Source: Clostridia bacterium (GTDB taxonomy: Bacteria; Bacillota; Clostridia; TANB77; CAG-508). From it: 64,000 nt of DNA. The stretch's first letter is position 1. Each line of letters begins with the position of its first letter. The DNA is taken from the NCBI GenBank assembly GCA_017430135.1, contig JAFRNM010000004.1:5499-69498 (forward strand). The letters run 5' to 3'. Below the pieces are notes generated by a model. The model was not told the origin of the DNA, ran no database searches, and saw only the letters and a program-made list of their open reading frames with translations. The translations under genes were made by a program, and so were the position numbers. Shown here piece by piece: positions 31,501 to 39,316 of the stretch.

Positions 31501-33700
31501 TAATGTAAACATTGAAGATATAAAACCTTATTATAAAGATAATAGTATTTATGAAATAGGCAAATGTAATCTAAAAAATGTTGCAGAAATTTCTTCATAT
31601 AGTGTAACAAAAAATAATAAAAAATATGCTCATGTAGATTATACTTCAATACCAGGTAATGCAGACATAATAAGATTATTTAATTATACAGCATATAATG
31701 GAGAAGATGATGACGACAAAGCACCAGGCTTAAAAGTAATAAAACCAAGCCAAAGAAATATTACGGGAGTTGTATTTGAAGATGCACCGGTACAATGCGA
31801 GGATAAAAATAACAATGGAATATGTGATTCAGATGAAAAAAATTATGATATTAATAATAGTAAAACAATAGATCCGGGAGAAGAAAGAATTGGTAATGGA
31901 ATTTTAAATGGTCCAATTAAGGCTGATATAGGTTCTGATGGCTATATTTCAGGCATAAAAGTAAAACTTGTAGATTCAGATGGAAATTATGCACAATTTT
32001 ATGATGAGAGCTCACATGCATGGAAAGAACAAACATATGAAATAAGCGGAAGCAACGGAATATTTAAAATGTCAGGCTTTATTCCAGGCGATTATAGAGT
32101 AGAATTTGTATGGGGTGAAGGCGCAGGAGGTAAAGATGTATCTCGTTATAAATGTACAATACTTTCAAATCCAAACATTACAAATAAAGATACAGTTCAA
32201 TATGATGGAGAAATTGAGTACAATGCGGGTTATGATTGGCTAACTGAGAATAAAAATTATTCAGATGCAAAAGATGACTATATAAGAAGGTTGGCAATTG
32301 ACAAGCTTAATCTGAAAGTTGATGATAGCGCTTATGATGGACTAACAGCTTCAGATGGAACAACACCATTATTAGATAAGGTAAATGAATATATAAATAA
32401 ATTCGGTACAGATGGAGAGGACGACAATTCATTGAAATACATGCATTCTTTAACATCTAAGATTTCAATAGAAGTTGAAAAAAATGGTACAAAAGATGCA
32501 CAAGGATATGTTAATTCACCAAGAACTGAAATAGATAAGCTTATAAAAAAAGATAGTGAGATTTCGGCTTTCAAAGGACTTGGCTTCGATATTAAGAAAG
32601 TCGACTTCGGTATTATAGAAAGACCAAAACGTGCAATGAGCGTCCAAAAACGTATCAAATCAATAAAAATCACAACACCAGAAGGAAGACCGGTAGTAAT
32701 TGCAACAATAGGAATAGACGGAAAAGTAAATGCAATAGCTGGAGAACAATATATATCAGGTGGATACAAATTAGGATATTTATATGCACAGATAGATAAA
32801 AACTTACTACAATCTATGAAAGTCGAAGTTGAATACGAAGTAGCAGTATCAGGATTAAGCGAACTAGACTATGATTATGTAGGATACTATTTATATGCTA
32901 TACCAAAGGATGGAACAGAATTGAAGTTAAAAGCAACCAACCTATATGATTATGTAGGAGGAGCAACTATAACAACAGACAGCAAGGATGAAGATAGATG
33001 GCAGAGTGCTGAACTTACAGATGAATATTTAAAAGTTCCAACAGTAGGAGAAATAAATAGTGTTACAGCAACAGAAAAATTGATAATGGATATATTCAAC
33101 TATGTGCCAAGTTGGGACACTCAAAAAGTCGGTAAGCAAAATAGTGAAAAAGAGGTTATAAAAGTTATAGATGAAATGGGACTATATGATAATGTTGACA
33201 CATTGACTAATACAATAACTGCAAAAGAAGCAAAAGAAACACTTGCTAAAATCTATACAAAGCTTATTGATGATTGGGATAATAGCGAATATGAAAACCA
33301 AAATGAATTAAACGAAAAAATAATAAGAGCATTAAAATTAAAGAACAGAGAGGTTGTTCAGGGTGATCCTAATACAAATACATTAGTAAAAGACTATTAT
33401 GAATCAACAGAAACACGTGTAGGAAAAATAAAGATTTCAAAAATAATTTCAAATGGTGAAAATATAGACTTAAATAACGATATAGAAATTGCTTCAGTTG
33501 CAGTAGACACAACACAAAAAACAGGAGCAAATGCAGACCCAACATATGCACCATTATACGATAGAGCAGAATATGTAACAGTATCTCCTGCACAAGGTGA
33601 AGATAAAGATTATGTAGGTAAAGCAATTGTTGGAATAGGAATATTAACTGTTCTAGCATCTGGAATAATACTAATCAAACGCTATGTAAGCTCAAAATAA
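22520..33700 (+). CDS. Giant 3726-aa surface protein: in-frame fusion of paralogs of the 9804 and 14284 genes
   Basis: Signal peptide. The first half is homologous to the 9804 protein, including a PD(E/T)P linker and an internal SISTG + TM + KFK segment at about aa 1335-1365. That is followed by a second hydrophobic signal-like segment. The second half is homologous to the 14284 protein. C-terminal SPAQGEDKDY + TM + KRY tail. Confidence 0.8.
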   Translation: MKEKLNKIRGLIILLLLVVLSANSNLLFSIAKESEQSINTENIVATSNVVLEKYINYESETEKGLLMQYSVDVGTEYKNDENHVPLVATGLLFNAPKVENEFPETVNIIAKSTLLTNGSDEGKDYKFVYRKETGAIAIVTSNNQNEEGNIYEEYKQNAKDSFSIILNYGENAYNSENKERNLSVTGRIVEILNTEEKTRIENSFENTQIVKENISKLVSTKVENTNVYNGYIKSNVVNGTNYETAYKENVQINISKDNLGTQKIDLTQKFINKNGEAIETENIVFKSSKMEKQNILDVLGEEGTLKILDNQEQVLAEINKDTESNEDGTIKIDYPEGTTKITLELSNAIKTGNITIQNEKEIKAEEKNLELSKIQEIYNQDEITNIEIQDSKTEVTIEPSLTTWTNEKQNEVEFKVSLHNNSSKYNLFKNPVIAIQLPEETEKVLLNETATLTNANGLKIKNTEYNTENRTIRVELEGEQTKYLSPALEDGTIIKIPAVIILSNNIESKEIDLKSAYQNENNYTGNTETEVIKNKIILENFNQTLMPENTIQKMTRSLASAAPTSGTEETQENVVPTAQGISISVKPVIGDVTRDTVYEGEFIKYEITATNTTNQDIDNVKILATLPEGVTYGELVREDHEPFVESYYDFEKQLQPIEIGTIKAGKTESSYFEVKVNDLADGENNKNITTKIQAFVGDGLIDEKEITHQANKAEYKVFLSSYVYRAHVFKYKLKIIGEGTEKQNVKISLPECMEAYKLENEDYSDSDAMTFENVSEVSANLAPGNYLIYANVNSNKIPYQKGKASTEVKAVATINDIYKSNENRIYLEYEAVTIKMSSDNEGKLVKYGDEVNYKIDITNIGKSNYGSENSSYIQVVLTDKLPEQLIPIEATYNYYVINRDYDANNTESIPYTEKTDGKYSLTDKEVDENGNEKSFKINQLYIPYGKTITIQIKAKANIVYDKMVISNEAVVSQESLVMYGTTYNTPINPIVSNKISHTIVPLNYKESNIPDEPDTPDTPDEPGTPDTPDTPDEPGIPDTPDQQEVKKYNINGYVWNDKNEDGEKQNDEQSLSGIQTYLLNAKGDIAKETKTDNNGNYIFADIENGEYNVVFKYNTNQYRITKYKVSRVSESANSNATKQEVVINGEKITAGVTEQITLNKDIENINLGLIENKKFDFKVDNYISKITVKTKNGTTEIPYSNANLAKAEINAKEIEGAVVTVEYKIVVTNNGEINGTVGRIIDYIPEGVNLTQDMTSEWINNNDGSYVNNSLANKIIKPGKSEEITLKITRELTENSTGLYKNSVKIDSIKNQLEIEELSLQNNTSNADFIISISTGALTYILFIVLIISIIVIVLNYKFNIINKFKISILTIIGSIFIVIIMQVSYPSKAADIDWSKYSETRHIYLTAAHISEGDRLRDTKETLTGIIYSDSHKVNLHTKWYLKFFGSDLYEIPSRHSTKEKGNVIEYNMDTSDIYQLINNYNFDTGASISRSENVVFFNHDWRAFFELDDDAGEKIYYQDGEYYLDGTPRFFGRCIDETKDGGPFAINITNLGWDAEILVRNNVYDYNVNAYYPIYATWTCTGNWWDLYYDGDGEYGYFVENETPTPEFNITGNGNETIRIKDFDNSNYLIGPFSITRNDQNTDYTFEIIGSNGNIGQSDFLTCDANGNYKRVKGRCPEFYLKVNKNKIKNINRILKVELTTEDVEYTYDCDITAVGKKIYSCPGYQEVAGDTPYIPFEPEQRKIHSNYEWNYFPGAITIQKSDEIGKDENGNTLSMEGINFIVNKFKDGWAVYDNQGNITYGDIDSNHKPVIFTTDATGRTQTIVGFDTVSNTTVALEDGTTKEIMQNIDGSTYMAFEIIDDNYNGDGNYYGLPNDDRHLSDYYKATYSAGQLWGCPYSLKSLGNGNLKNFDGSNDSVYDDFDMSRQYYNPDTYPVEYFGEFLNGNSPIHFIYSGEFETFNVTNTRDYVSLQIDKKDHYNGTFDNNYAGIRFKVCKLDEDGTYKWVHKVNPSDPHSEVTYGSFNGAYELTTDKYGKTGVLKKLDNGGTYWIVETYIPPQLEEYYTLHSANDVYRVAGSNSTLYKYFFDQYNIDLKDSQNRDNKIKLLSSTSNEFTLLQPKKIYVKKPQGETATNVVDTGYGKFSWQGWNPRDYFAIQIYKQNERNTNGNTTHDPLNDIEFAILEESKDSTESNYKGGWVATDNNGIYNSSLIPNYDSISNIRTARYITGENGENGYTRMVRRIPMPPLGQVKKYSIFEINASDYEDLYKLGQFRFNGTLKDGKCIETITINNEFKKDLWKEPTRTTNTNVKIYNVKLVNYTNIQDYGSLQIQKVDELTKTPLNNIGLRIRMQTGKWLIINDKKSGVINSNDTSKKEVTGFTDDIYEATEIRTNAQGYTDTIYKVPIDGYQMMNTYSAYETYIPENLRSYYALNSDFTKYAPSNCTAAQYRSFENAAIYELKATTVRSYLNTINSLRSQAGAAPIANLALTDVARLVAYGKITRDIDKNDITKPVITEFEAQNEQNYINISGYVWEDAKPAGKVTDIDNKRSSIGTGEYKDKNLNNITVKLVKRINGASLTITSVVTGSIKDSNNNPINGYYRFEKLKLKDLANYYIEFTYDGITYESVVPEYTTENARLDVKKYITNTNSWVDATRTVQIPNSKTSKATEVASGRDALNNAFGEIKGEGQTINYKNSNITLKYTTKNEIVYLDNTYAPYLTTSGANTTVDNTKSYNYLITSRIDEYQSGRTVLEYFYNYMANNQTALGTDGYENNRKTLLTEIPNLNLGLYRREQPNLTLQKDVYKAEMQINGKKYVYRYDRVLEKDPANYSEVEQNTGILGVNFDGRYTLPMYEADMFYGDESAYSPTVSNTVSDDEKLKASVTYKIKLQNTASELDTKIHEIHEVYSKEYSIARNASNKPLIYLIDKPNATNADFNEENRINIIENTTTYKLDKNYTIGTAYKESNIRFETPITIEKHSGNNVRYLYIVFNVNIEDIKPYYKDNSIYEIGKCNLKNVAEISSYSVTKNNKKYAHVDYTSIPGNADIIRLFNYTAYNGEDDDDKAPGLKVIKPSQRNITGVVFEDAPVQCEDKNNNGICDSDEKNYDINNSKTIDPGEERIGNGILNGPIKADIGSDGYISGIKVKLVDSDGNYAQFYDESSHAWKEQTYEISGSNGIFKMSGFIPGDYRVEFVWGEGAGGKDVSRYKCTILSNPNITNKDTVQYDGEIEYNAGYDWLTENKNYSDAKDDYIRRLAIDKLNLKVDDSAYDGLTASDGTTPLLDKVNEYINKFGTDGEDDNSLKYMHSLTSKISIEVEKNGTKDAQGYVNSPRTEIDKLIKKDSEISAFKGLGFDIKKVDFGIIERPKRAMSVQKRIKSIKITTPEGRPVVIATIGIDGKVNAIAGEQYISGGYKLGYLYAQIDKNLLQSMKVEVEYEVAVSGLSELDYDYVGYYLYAIPKDGTELKLKATNLYDYVGGATITTDSKDEDRWQSAELTDEYLKVPTVGEINSVTATEKLIMDIFNYVPSWDTQKVGKQNSEKEVIKVIDEMGLYDNVDTLTNTITAKEAKETLAKIYTKLIDDWDNSEYENQNELNEKIIRALKLKNREVVQGDPNTNTLVKDYYESTETRVGKIKISKIISNGENIDLNNDIEIASVAVDTTQKTGANADPTYAPLYDRAEYVTVSPAQGEDKDYVGKAIVGIGILTVLASGIILIKRYVSSK
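25548..25641 (+). repeat. In-frame PD(E/T)P proline-rich tandem repeats (9/18-bp periodicity)
   Basis: ccagatgaacca / ccagatacacca units encoding PDEPDTPDTPDEPGTPDTPDTPDEPGIPDTPD. Confidence 0.85.
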
Positions 33701-33741
33701 AAAATAAAATCACGGCAAAACCGTGATTTTATTTTATTTAA
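33701..33741. terminator. Bidirectional terminator (giant adhesin / kinase-like gene)
   Basis: aaaataaaatcacggcaaaaccgtgattttatttt. Confidence 0.85.
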
Positions 33742-34499
33742 ATATGGTATTTAATCTCATTAAAAATCTCTTCATGAATATCATCAATAGTTCTAATATT
33801 ATCATTATCGTCAACACAATTAATTTCAAACCAATCATACTTTTTAGCAACATAACATGCAGCCTTGTGAGCATCTTTTAAGTGGTTAACATCACTTTCG
33901 TGAATATCTTTTTTAGAGTCATTTGTAAATTTATTATCTCTATTTTTCATCAATTCCAAAGATTTTTCAACTGGCATATTTAAGAAAAATACCTCAGTTG
34001 GAACAGGCAAACCATAAAGATTGAACTCAAAGTCCCAAAGCCAATTAAGGAAATTTTCCAATTCTTCCTTATCCTCAATTTTTCCAGCTTGGTGAACCAT
34101 ATTTGCAGTAGTATATCTGTCAGCTAATATAATTCCACCATTTTCATAAAATTCCTTGTATTCTTTTTGGTATGTAGCATATCTGTCAGCAGCATAGAAA
34201 GTAGAAGCGATATAAGGGCTAACCTCTTTAGCATTTTTACCAAATTCACCAGAAAGATACATCTTAACTAAACTAGAGCTTGGGCTATCATAATTTGGGA
34301 AACTTACAGTTTTATACTCAATTCCCTCTTTATCTAATCTTTCTTGTAACTTTTGAAATTGAGTCTGTTTACCACTTCCGTCAGTTCCATCAATTACAAA
34401 AAGCTTACCTTTTTCGTCTTTTTTATTAAGCATGTTGTTTATAGATTTTAAAATATCGTCAGCATTTTCATCAAATTCATCTTTTACCAAATTAAACAT
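33738..34499 (-). CDS. dTMP kinase-like nucleoside/nucleotide kinase
   Basis: 253 aa from MFNLVKDE (GGAGGT RBS). P-loop DGTDGSGKQTQ and a DRY-containing lid. The ORF-track N-terminal extension is probably not translated. Confidence 0.55.
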   Translation of the reverse strand: MFNLVKDEFDENADDILKSINNMLNKKDEKGKLFVIDGTDGSGKQTQFQKLQERLDKEGIEYKTVSFPNYDSPSSSLVKMYLSGEFGKNAKEVSPYIASTFYAADRYATYQKEYKEFYENGGIILADRYTTANMVHQAGKIEDKEELENFLNWLWDFEFNLYGLPVPTEVFFLNMPVEKSLELMKNRDNKFTNDSKKDIHESDVNHLKDAHKAACYVAKKYDWFEINCVDDNDNIRTIDDIHEEIFNEIKYHI

Positions 34500-34629
34500 A
34501 TCAATTACCTCCATTTTTTTTATACCCCTTTTTATGCACAATGTCAATGATTTTGACAAAAAACTTGCAAGATAAAAAAAAATATGATATAGTATTGGCA
34601 AATCAAAACTTTGGAAAGGAATGATAAAC

Positions 34630-36156
34630 ATGGCAAGAAGTAGAGGAAGAAGATATGAAGAAGAACCAAAGCTAAATATGAAAAAAGTATTTGCAGTAGC
34701 AATAGCAATTGCAGTGGTAATAATGTTTGTATTTATAATAAAAGGAATACTAAAAAAAGGCACAGATAAAGGGAAAATCACAAGCGAGAACTACTACACA
34801 ATGTTTAAAGATAACAAGTGGGGAGTATTAAACTCAAAAGGAGAAACAATAATAGACCCATCTTATGCTGAAATGATTGTAATTCCAGACAATAAAAAAG
34901 ATGTGTTCATTTGCACTTATGATGTAAATTATGAAAATGGAGACTACAAAACAAAAGCTCTAAACAGCAAAAATGAGCAAATTTTTAAAGAATATACTCA
35001 AATAGAAGCACTACAAAATAGTGACGAAAACAACAACCTATGGTATGAGGCGAATGTTTTAAGAGTAGAAAAAAACGGAAAATATGGTTTAATAAACTTA
35101 GATGGAAGAGAAATTCTTTCATGTAATTATGACGAAATAACTGCTATTAAAGGAATAAGTAATTCTTTAAAAACAAAAAAAGATGAAAAAATTGGAATTG
35201 CAAATGCTGAAGGAAAAGTTATAATAGAAAACAAATTTGCAGATATAGAAACACTTGGAAATGACGACAAATCAGGATTTATAGTAAAAGGTGATGACGG
35301 AAAATTCGGAGTTGTAAATTACTTAGGGATACAAGTGTTAGAACCAAAATATGAAAAAATAGAAAAAGTTTCTGGAAACGATATGTATGTTATAGTAGAA
35401 GGAACAGCACAAAAACTAATTGACAAAGATGGAAAAGTAATATTAGAACAAGGATATGACAAAATAAAAGAAATACTAAAAAACAAAGAAAATGGCGTAA
35501 TATTTGAAAAAGACGGAAAATTTGGAGTTATGAATCTTCAAGGAGAAGTAAAAATAAATCCAGAATATCAAGACTTACACGAAGCAAAAGATGGAATTCT
35601 AATTGCAAAAAAAGATGATAAATATGGAATAATAAACCTTGAAAACGAAGCCAAAATAGGATTTGAAAATAAATCAATAAAATATGTAGAAAGTGCAGAC
35701 ATCTATGTATTAGAAGACGAAAACGCATCAGCAAAAATACTAGATAGCAATTTTGAAGTAAAACTAACAGGAATAGTAAACGAAATAAACGAAGATAAAG
35801 GCTATGTAAAAATGAGAATAGGCGAAGAATACAAATACTATAACTTCAAATTTGAAGAAAAAAATGCAAGTGATGTATTAGTATCAAACAACCTATTCCT
35901 AAGCAAAAAAGACGGAAAATACGGATATGTAGACAAAGAAGGAAAAGTAGTAGTAGACTATAAATACGATGATGCAAAAGAGCAAAACTCATGTGGATTT
36001 GCAGCAGTAAAAAAAGACGGAAAATGGGGAGCAATAGACAACAAAGGCAATGTAGCAGTAGAACCAACATACAACTTAGACAATTACTTATTCGTAGATT
36101 TTATAGGAAAATGGCACTTAGGCCAAGATATGAACTTAAACTATTACATACAATAG
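34630..36156 (+). CDS. Membrane-anchored WG-repeat (KWG-type beta-propeller) protein
   Basis: About 508 aa. N-terminal TM. At least 7 repeats of the K(W/Y/F)G(V/L/I)(I/V/M)N..G..(I/V)..P.Y type. Confidence 0.7.
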   Translation: MARSRGRRYEEEPKLNMKKVFAVAIAIAVVIMFVFIIKGILKKGTDKGKITSENYYTMFKDNKWGVLNSKGETIIDPSYAEMIVIPDNKKDVFICTYDVNYENGDYKTKALNSKNEQIFKEYTQIEALQNSDENNNLWYEANVLRVEKNGKYGLINLDGREILSCNYDEITAIKGISNSLKTKKDEKIGIANAEGKVIIENKFADIETLGNDDKSGFIVKGDDGKFGVVNYLGIQVLEPKYEKIEKVSGNDMYVIVEGTAQKLIDKDGKVILEQGYDKIKEILKNKENGVIFEKDGKFGVMNLQGEVKINPEYQDLHEAKDGILIAKKDDKYGIINLENEAKIGFENKSIKYVESADIYVLEDENASAKILDSNFEVKLTGIVNEINEDKGYVKMRIGEEYKYYNFKFEEKNASDVLVSNNLFLSKKDGKYGYVDKEGKVVVDYKYDDAKEQNSCGFAAVKKDGKWGAIDNKGNVAVEPTYNLDNYLFVDFIGKWHLGQDMNLNYYIQ

Positions 36157-36162
36157 AACGAG

Positions 36163-36190
36163 AAAAAGCTGCCATCGGTAGCTTTTTTCT
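36163..36190 (+). terminator. Terminator after the WG-repeat gene
   Basis: aaaaagctgccatcggtagctttttt. Confidence 0.8.
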
Positions 36191-36195
36191 TGCAA

Positions 36196-36255
36196 ACTTT
36201 TTGGGACACTCTTAAAAATCAAGGATGGAATTTTGGGACACTCTTAAAAAGTTTG
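36196..36255. repeat. REP-like cluster (2 forward units) upstream of tatD
   Basis: ctttttgggacactcttaaaaatcaagg ... ttttgggacactcttaaaaagtttg. Confidence 0.9.
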
Positions 36256-36276
36256 AAGAGTTAGGAGGAGGTAAAC

Positions 36277-37056
36277 ATGGAATTTTTTGATTCACACTCT
36301 CATTTAAATGATGAGAAGTTTGACGAGGATAGATATAATTTAATAGAGCAATTCAAAAAAGAGAATATAACAAGATTTTTAACGTGTGGCTATAATTTAG
36401 AAGGGTCAAAAAAAGCAATTGAGATAGCAGAAGAGTGCGATTTTACTTATGCAACAGCTGGTATTTCTCCAAATGATATTCCACAAAATGAAGATGAATT
36501 GTGGAAAGAAATCGATGAAATTGAAGATTTAGCTAAAAATAAAAAAGTAGTTGCAATAGGTGAAATAGGGTTAGACTTCTATTGGAACAAAGAAAATAGA
36601 GAACTTCAGCTAAAAGCTTTTAAGAAACAAATAGAAATTGCAAATAAACTAAATCTGCCAATAGTAATTCATACAAGGGAAGCTGTGATGGATACTTTGC
36701 AGGTATTAAAAGAAAACAATGTGATAAATAAAGGTGTTTTTCATTGTTGCCCATTAAATAGAGAACTGGTAAAAGAGGCATTAAAACTAGGTTTCTACAT
36801 TTCATTTTCAGGAGTAGTAACATTTAAAAACGCCAAAAATGCAGAAGAAATAATAAATATGGTTCCACTAGATAGAATTCTAATAGAAACAGACAGCCCA
36901 TACTTAGCGCCAGAACCAGTCCGTGGAACAAGGAATACACCAATAAATGTAAAATTTATAGCGGGAAAAATTGCGCAAACAAGAAAAATATCAATAGAAG
37001 AAGTCGCAAAACAAACCTACGAAAATGCTTGTCGACTTTTTGGACTCTTGGGATGA
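36277..37056 (+). CDS. tatD: TatD family metal-dependent DNase/hydrolase
   Basis: 259 aa. N-terminal FDSHSHL and the conserved TatD fold motifs. The 3' end runs into a REP-like repeat cluster. Confidence 0.9.
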   Translation: MEFFDSHSHLNDEKFDEDRYNLIEQFKKENITRFLTCGYNLEGSKKAIEIAEECDFTYATAGISPNDIPQNEDELWKEIDEIEDLAKNKKVVAIGEIGLDFYWNKENRELQLKAFKKQIEIANKLNLPIVIHTREAVMDTLQVLKENNVINKGVFHCCPLNRELVKEALKLGFYISFSGVVTFKNAKNAEEIINMVPLDRILIETDSPYLAPEPVRGTRNTPINVKFIAGKIAQTRKISIEEVAKQTYENACRLFGLLG

Positions 37057-37186
37057 CTTTTTTGGCGACTTTTTGGGACACTCTTAAAAATCAAAACTTT
37101 TTGGGACACTCTTGATTTTCAAGGGTGTCCCAAAAAGTCTCCCCAAAAGTCATCCTTGATTTTTAAGAGTGTCCCAAAAAGTTTGT
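37030..37186. repeat. REP-like cluster (4-5 units in both orientations) overlapping the tatD 3' end
   Basis: cgactttttggactcttggga tgacttttttgg cgactttttgggacactcttaaaaatcaaaactttttgggacactcttgattttcaagggtgtccc ... ccttgatttttaagagtgtcccaaaaagtttg. Confidence 0.9.
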
Positions 37187-37323
37187 AAAAAATAGAATAA
37201 ATTAAATTTTTTAATCATATAATATATTAAAGCTTTATTTTAAAAGAGGTTCGAACAATAATTACATAATGTGAAAAATGGACAAAGCTTATTTCCGTAA
37301 GTTTTGATAAATTGTACCAAAAT

Positions 37324-37352
37324 TTGACAAAATAGAAAAAATATAGTATAAT
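37324..37352 (+). promoter_or_regulatory. Putative promoter of the G5/transglycosylase-like gene
   Basis: TTGACA, 17 nt, TATAAT. Confidence 0.45.
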
Positions 37353-37384
37353 AAAGATGTTGCCAAAGGAGGTAATAAAATTAT

Positions 37385-38344
37385 ATGAAAAAAAATATTC
37401 AAGAAAAAGCTTCGTTATCAATAATGAAGATAATTTGCATAAGCATAATACTAATACTTATGTCAGGGATAGGAGTATTAGCAGTAAATAAAAAATTAAA
37501 CAATGTTAAAATTTTACTTCGTAATGGATATGAAATGACAGTTTTAACATCAAAAACTAAGGTATCAGAAATATTGGAAGAAAATAACATCTTATTAGAA
37601 GAAAACGAAAAAGTTGTACCTGGTGTAGATGAAGAAGTTGAAGACAATCAAACAATAGAAATAAAAGATAAATCTGAAAGAGAAATTCAAATATCAAAAG
37701 TATCAGAAGAAACAATAGAAACATCTCTAGAAGATTTGTTAGACACATATGCTCCAATTACAGAAAAAATCGTAGTTGAGCAAGTTGCTATACCATTTGA
37801 AACAATAACAAAAGAAGCAACAGGAACAGGCGACGAAACAAGAAACAAAGTAATTCAAAATGGTCAAGAAGGATTAAAAGAAATTACTTACAAAATAAAA
37901 TATCAAAAAGATGTAGAAATTGAAAAAACAGTTTTATCAGAGGTTGTTGTAAAAGAACCAGTTAATAAAATTGTGCAAGTACAAAAAATCACATCAAGAG
38001 CTGCAGTTGAAAGAGATATACCAACATCAGTATCAGGAACAGTTGCAGACTACCAAGCTTATGCAAAACAAAGATGTTATGATTATGGATGGTCAGATTA
38101 CGATTTCAATTGTTTAGTAAAACTTTGGAATAGAGAAAGTGGATGGAGAGTAACTGCATGCAATAGATCATCTGGAGCATACGGAATTCCACAAGCATTA
38201 CCTGCAAGTAAAATGGCATCTGCAGGACCAGAATACAGAACAAACTATATGACTCAAATAAATTGGGGATTAAGTTACATTAGTGGAAGATATGGTTCAC
38301 CATCTTCAGCATGGAATCATTCACAATCAAAAGGATGGTATTAA
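37385..38344 (+). CDS. YabE-like protein: TM + DUF348/G5 region + C-terminal transglycosylase-like (RPF-like) domain
   Basis: 319 aa. The C-terminus (NRESGWRVTACNRSSGAYGIPQALP...WGLSYISGRYGSPSSAW) matches the Transglycosylase-like domain pattern. The middle region is G5-like. Confidence 0.6.
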   Translation: MKKNIQEKASLSIMKIICISIILILMSGIGVLAVNKKLNNVKILLRNGYEMTVLTSKTKVSEILEENNILLEENEKVVPGVDEEVEDNQTIEIKDKSEREIQISKVSEETIETSLEDLLDTYAPITEKIVVEQVAIPFETITKEATGTGDETRNKVIQNGQEGLKEITYKIKYQKDVEIEKTVLSEVVVKEPVNKIVQVQKITSRAAVERDIPTSVSGTVADYQAYAKQRCYDYGWSDYDFNCLVKLWNRESGWRVTACNRSSGAYGIPQALPASKMASAGPEYRTNYMTQINWGLSYISGRYGSPSSAWNHSQSKGWY

Positions 38345-38365
38345 AAATAAATATTGAATTAAATC

Positions 38366-38398
38366 AAAGTTGCTAGACATCAGTTTAGCAACTTTTTT
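38366..38398 (+). terminator. Terminator after the G5/transglycosylase-like gene
   Basis: caaagttgctagacatcagtttagcaactttttt. Confidence 0.75.
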
Positions 38399-38432
38399 AA
38401 AAAAGAGTAATTAAAAAAGTAGGAGAAAAAAT

Positions 38433-39188
38433 ATGAAGTTAATATCATGGAATGTAAATGGAATAAGAGCGTGTGTAAACAAAGGGTTTGCAGATTTTTT
38501 CAAAAAAATAGATGCAGACATATTTTGCATACAAGAAACAAAATGTCAAGAGGGACAAATAGAGCTAGAATTTGAAGGCTATACAAGCTATTGGAATAGC
38601 GCAGAGAAAAAAGGATATTCAGGAACAGCAATATTTACAAAGAAAAAACCAATGTCTGTAAAATACGGAATAGGAATAGAAGAACATGATAAAGAAGGAA
38701 GAGTAATAACTTTAGAATTTGAGAAATATTATGTGGTAACAATCTATACTCCAAACTCAAAAAGAGAGTTGGAACGCCTAGAATACAGATGCGTTTGGGA
38801 AGACGAAATAAGAAAATACCTGTTAGAACTAAACAAGAAAAAGCCGGTAATAATGTGTGGGGACTTAAATGTAGCACATAAGGAAATTGACCTAAAAAAT
38901 CCAAAAACAAATCACCACAATGCTGGTTTCACAGATGAAGAAAGAAACAAAATGACAGAACTTTTAGATGCAGGATTTACAGATACATTTAGATATCTAT
39001 ATCCAGAAAAAGAGGAACAATACACATGGTGGTCATATATGGGGCATGCTAGAGAAAAAAATATAGGTTGGAGAATAGACTATTTTATTGTATCAAACGA
39101 TGCACAAAAAAACATAAAAGATGCTTACATATTCCCAGATGTGTTGGGAAGTGACCACTGCCCTGTTGGATTAGAAATTGAAAAATAA
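38433..39188 (+). CDS. xth: Exodeoxyribonuclease III
   Basis: 251 aa. Starts MKLISWNVNGIRA; contains CIQETK and GSDHCPV. Canonical ExoIII/APE motifs. Confidence 0.92.
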   Translation: MKLISWNVNGIRACVNKGFADFFKKIDADIFCIQETKCQEGQIELEFEGYTSYWNSAEKKGYSGTAIFTKKKPMSVKYGIGIEEHDKEGRVITLEFEKYYVVTIYTPNSKRELERLEYRCVWEDEIRKYLLELNKKKPVIMCGDLNVAHKEIDLKNPKTNHHNAGFTDEERNKMTELLDAGFTDTFRYLYPEKEEQYTWWSYMGHAREKNIGWRIDYFIVSNDAQKNIKDAYIFPDVLGSDHCPVGLEIEK

Positions 39189-39220
39189 TTTACGAATTTT
39201 GTTATTGAACTGCATTTGAA

Positions 39221-39295
39221 TTTTTTTGGGGGGAAACTTTTTAAGAGTGTCCCAAAATTCCAGCCTTGATTTTTAAGAGTGTCCCAAAAAGTTTG
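39221..39295. repeat. REP-like cluster (2 reverse units) upstream of the AI-2E transporter gene
   Basis: ctttttaagagtgtcccaaaattccagccttgatttttaagagtgtcccaaaaagtttg. Confidence 0.9.
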
Positions 39296-39316
39296 ATTGG
39301 AAAGGAGAAAGAGAAA

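Noticed and set aside
33105-33135. REP-like fragment agttgggacactcaaaaagtcgg inside the coding sequence of the giant adhesin
   Set aside because: Only the 9-nt core and a short A-run match. It is in frame, encodes PSWDTQKVGK within a conserved domain, and is most likely a chance partial match.
22520-33700. Considered splitting the 3726-aa ORF into two genes at about 26.6 kb by analogy with the 9804/14284 pair
   Set aside because: No stop codon or frameshift exists in the sequence as given and the reading frame is continuous. It is reported as one ORF, with the possible sequencing-error caveat listed in the findings.
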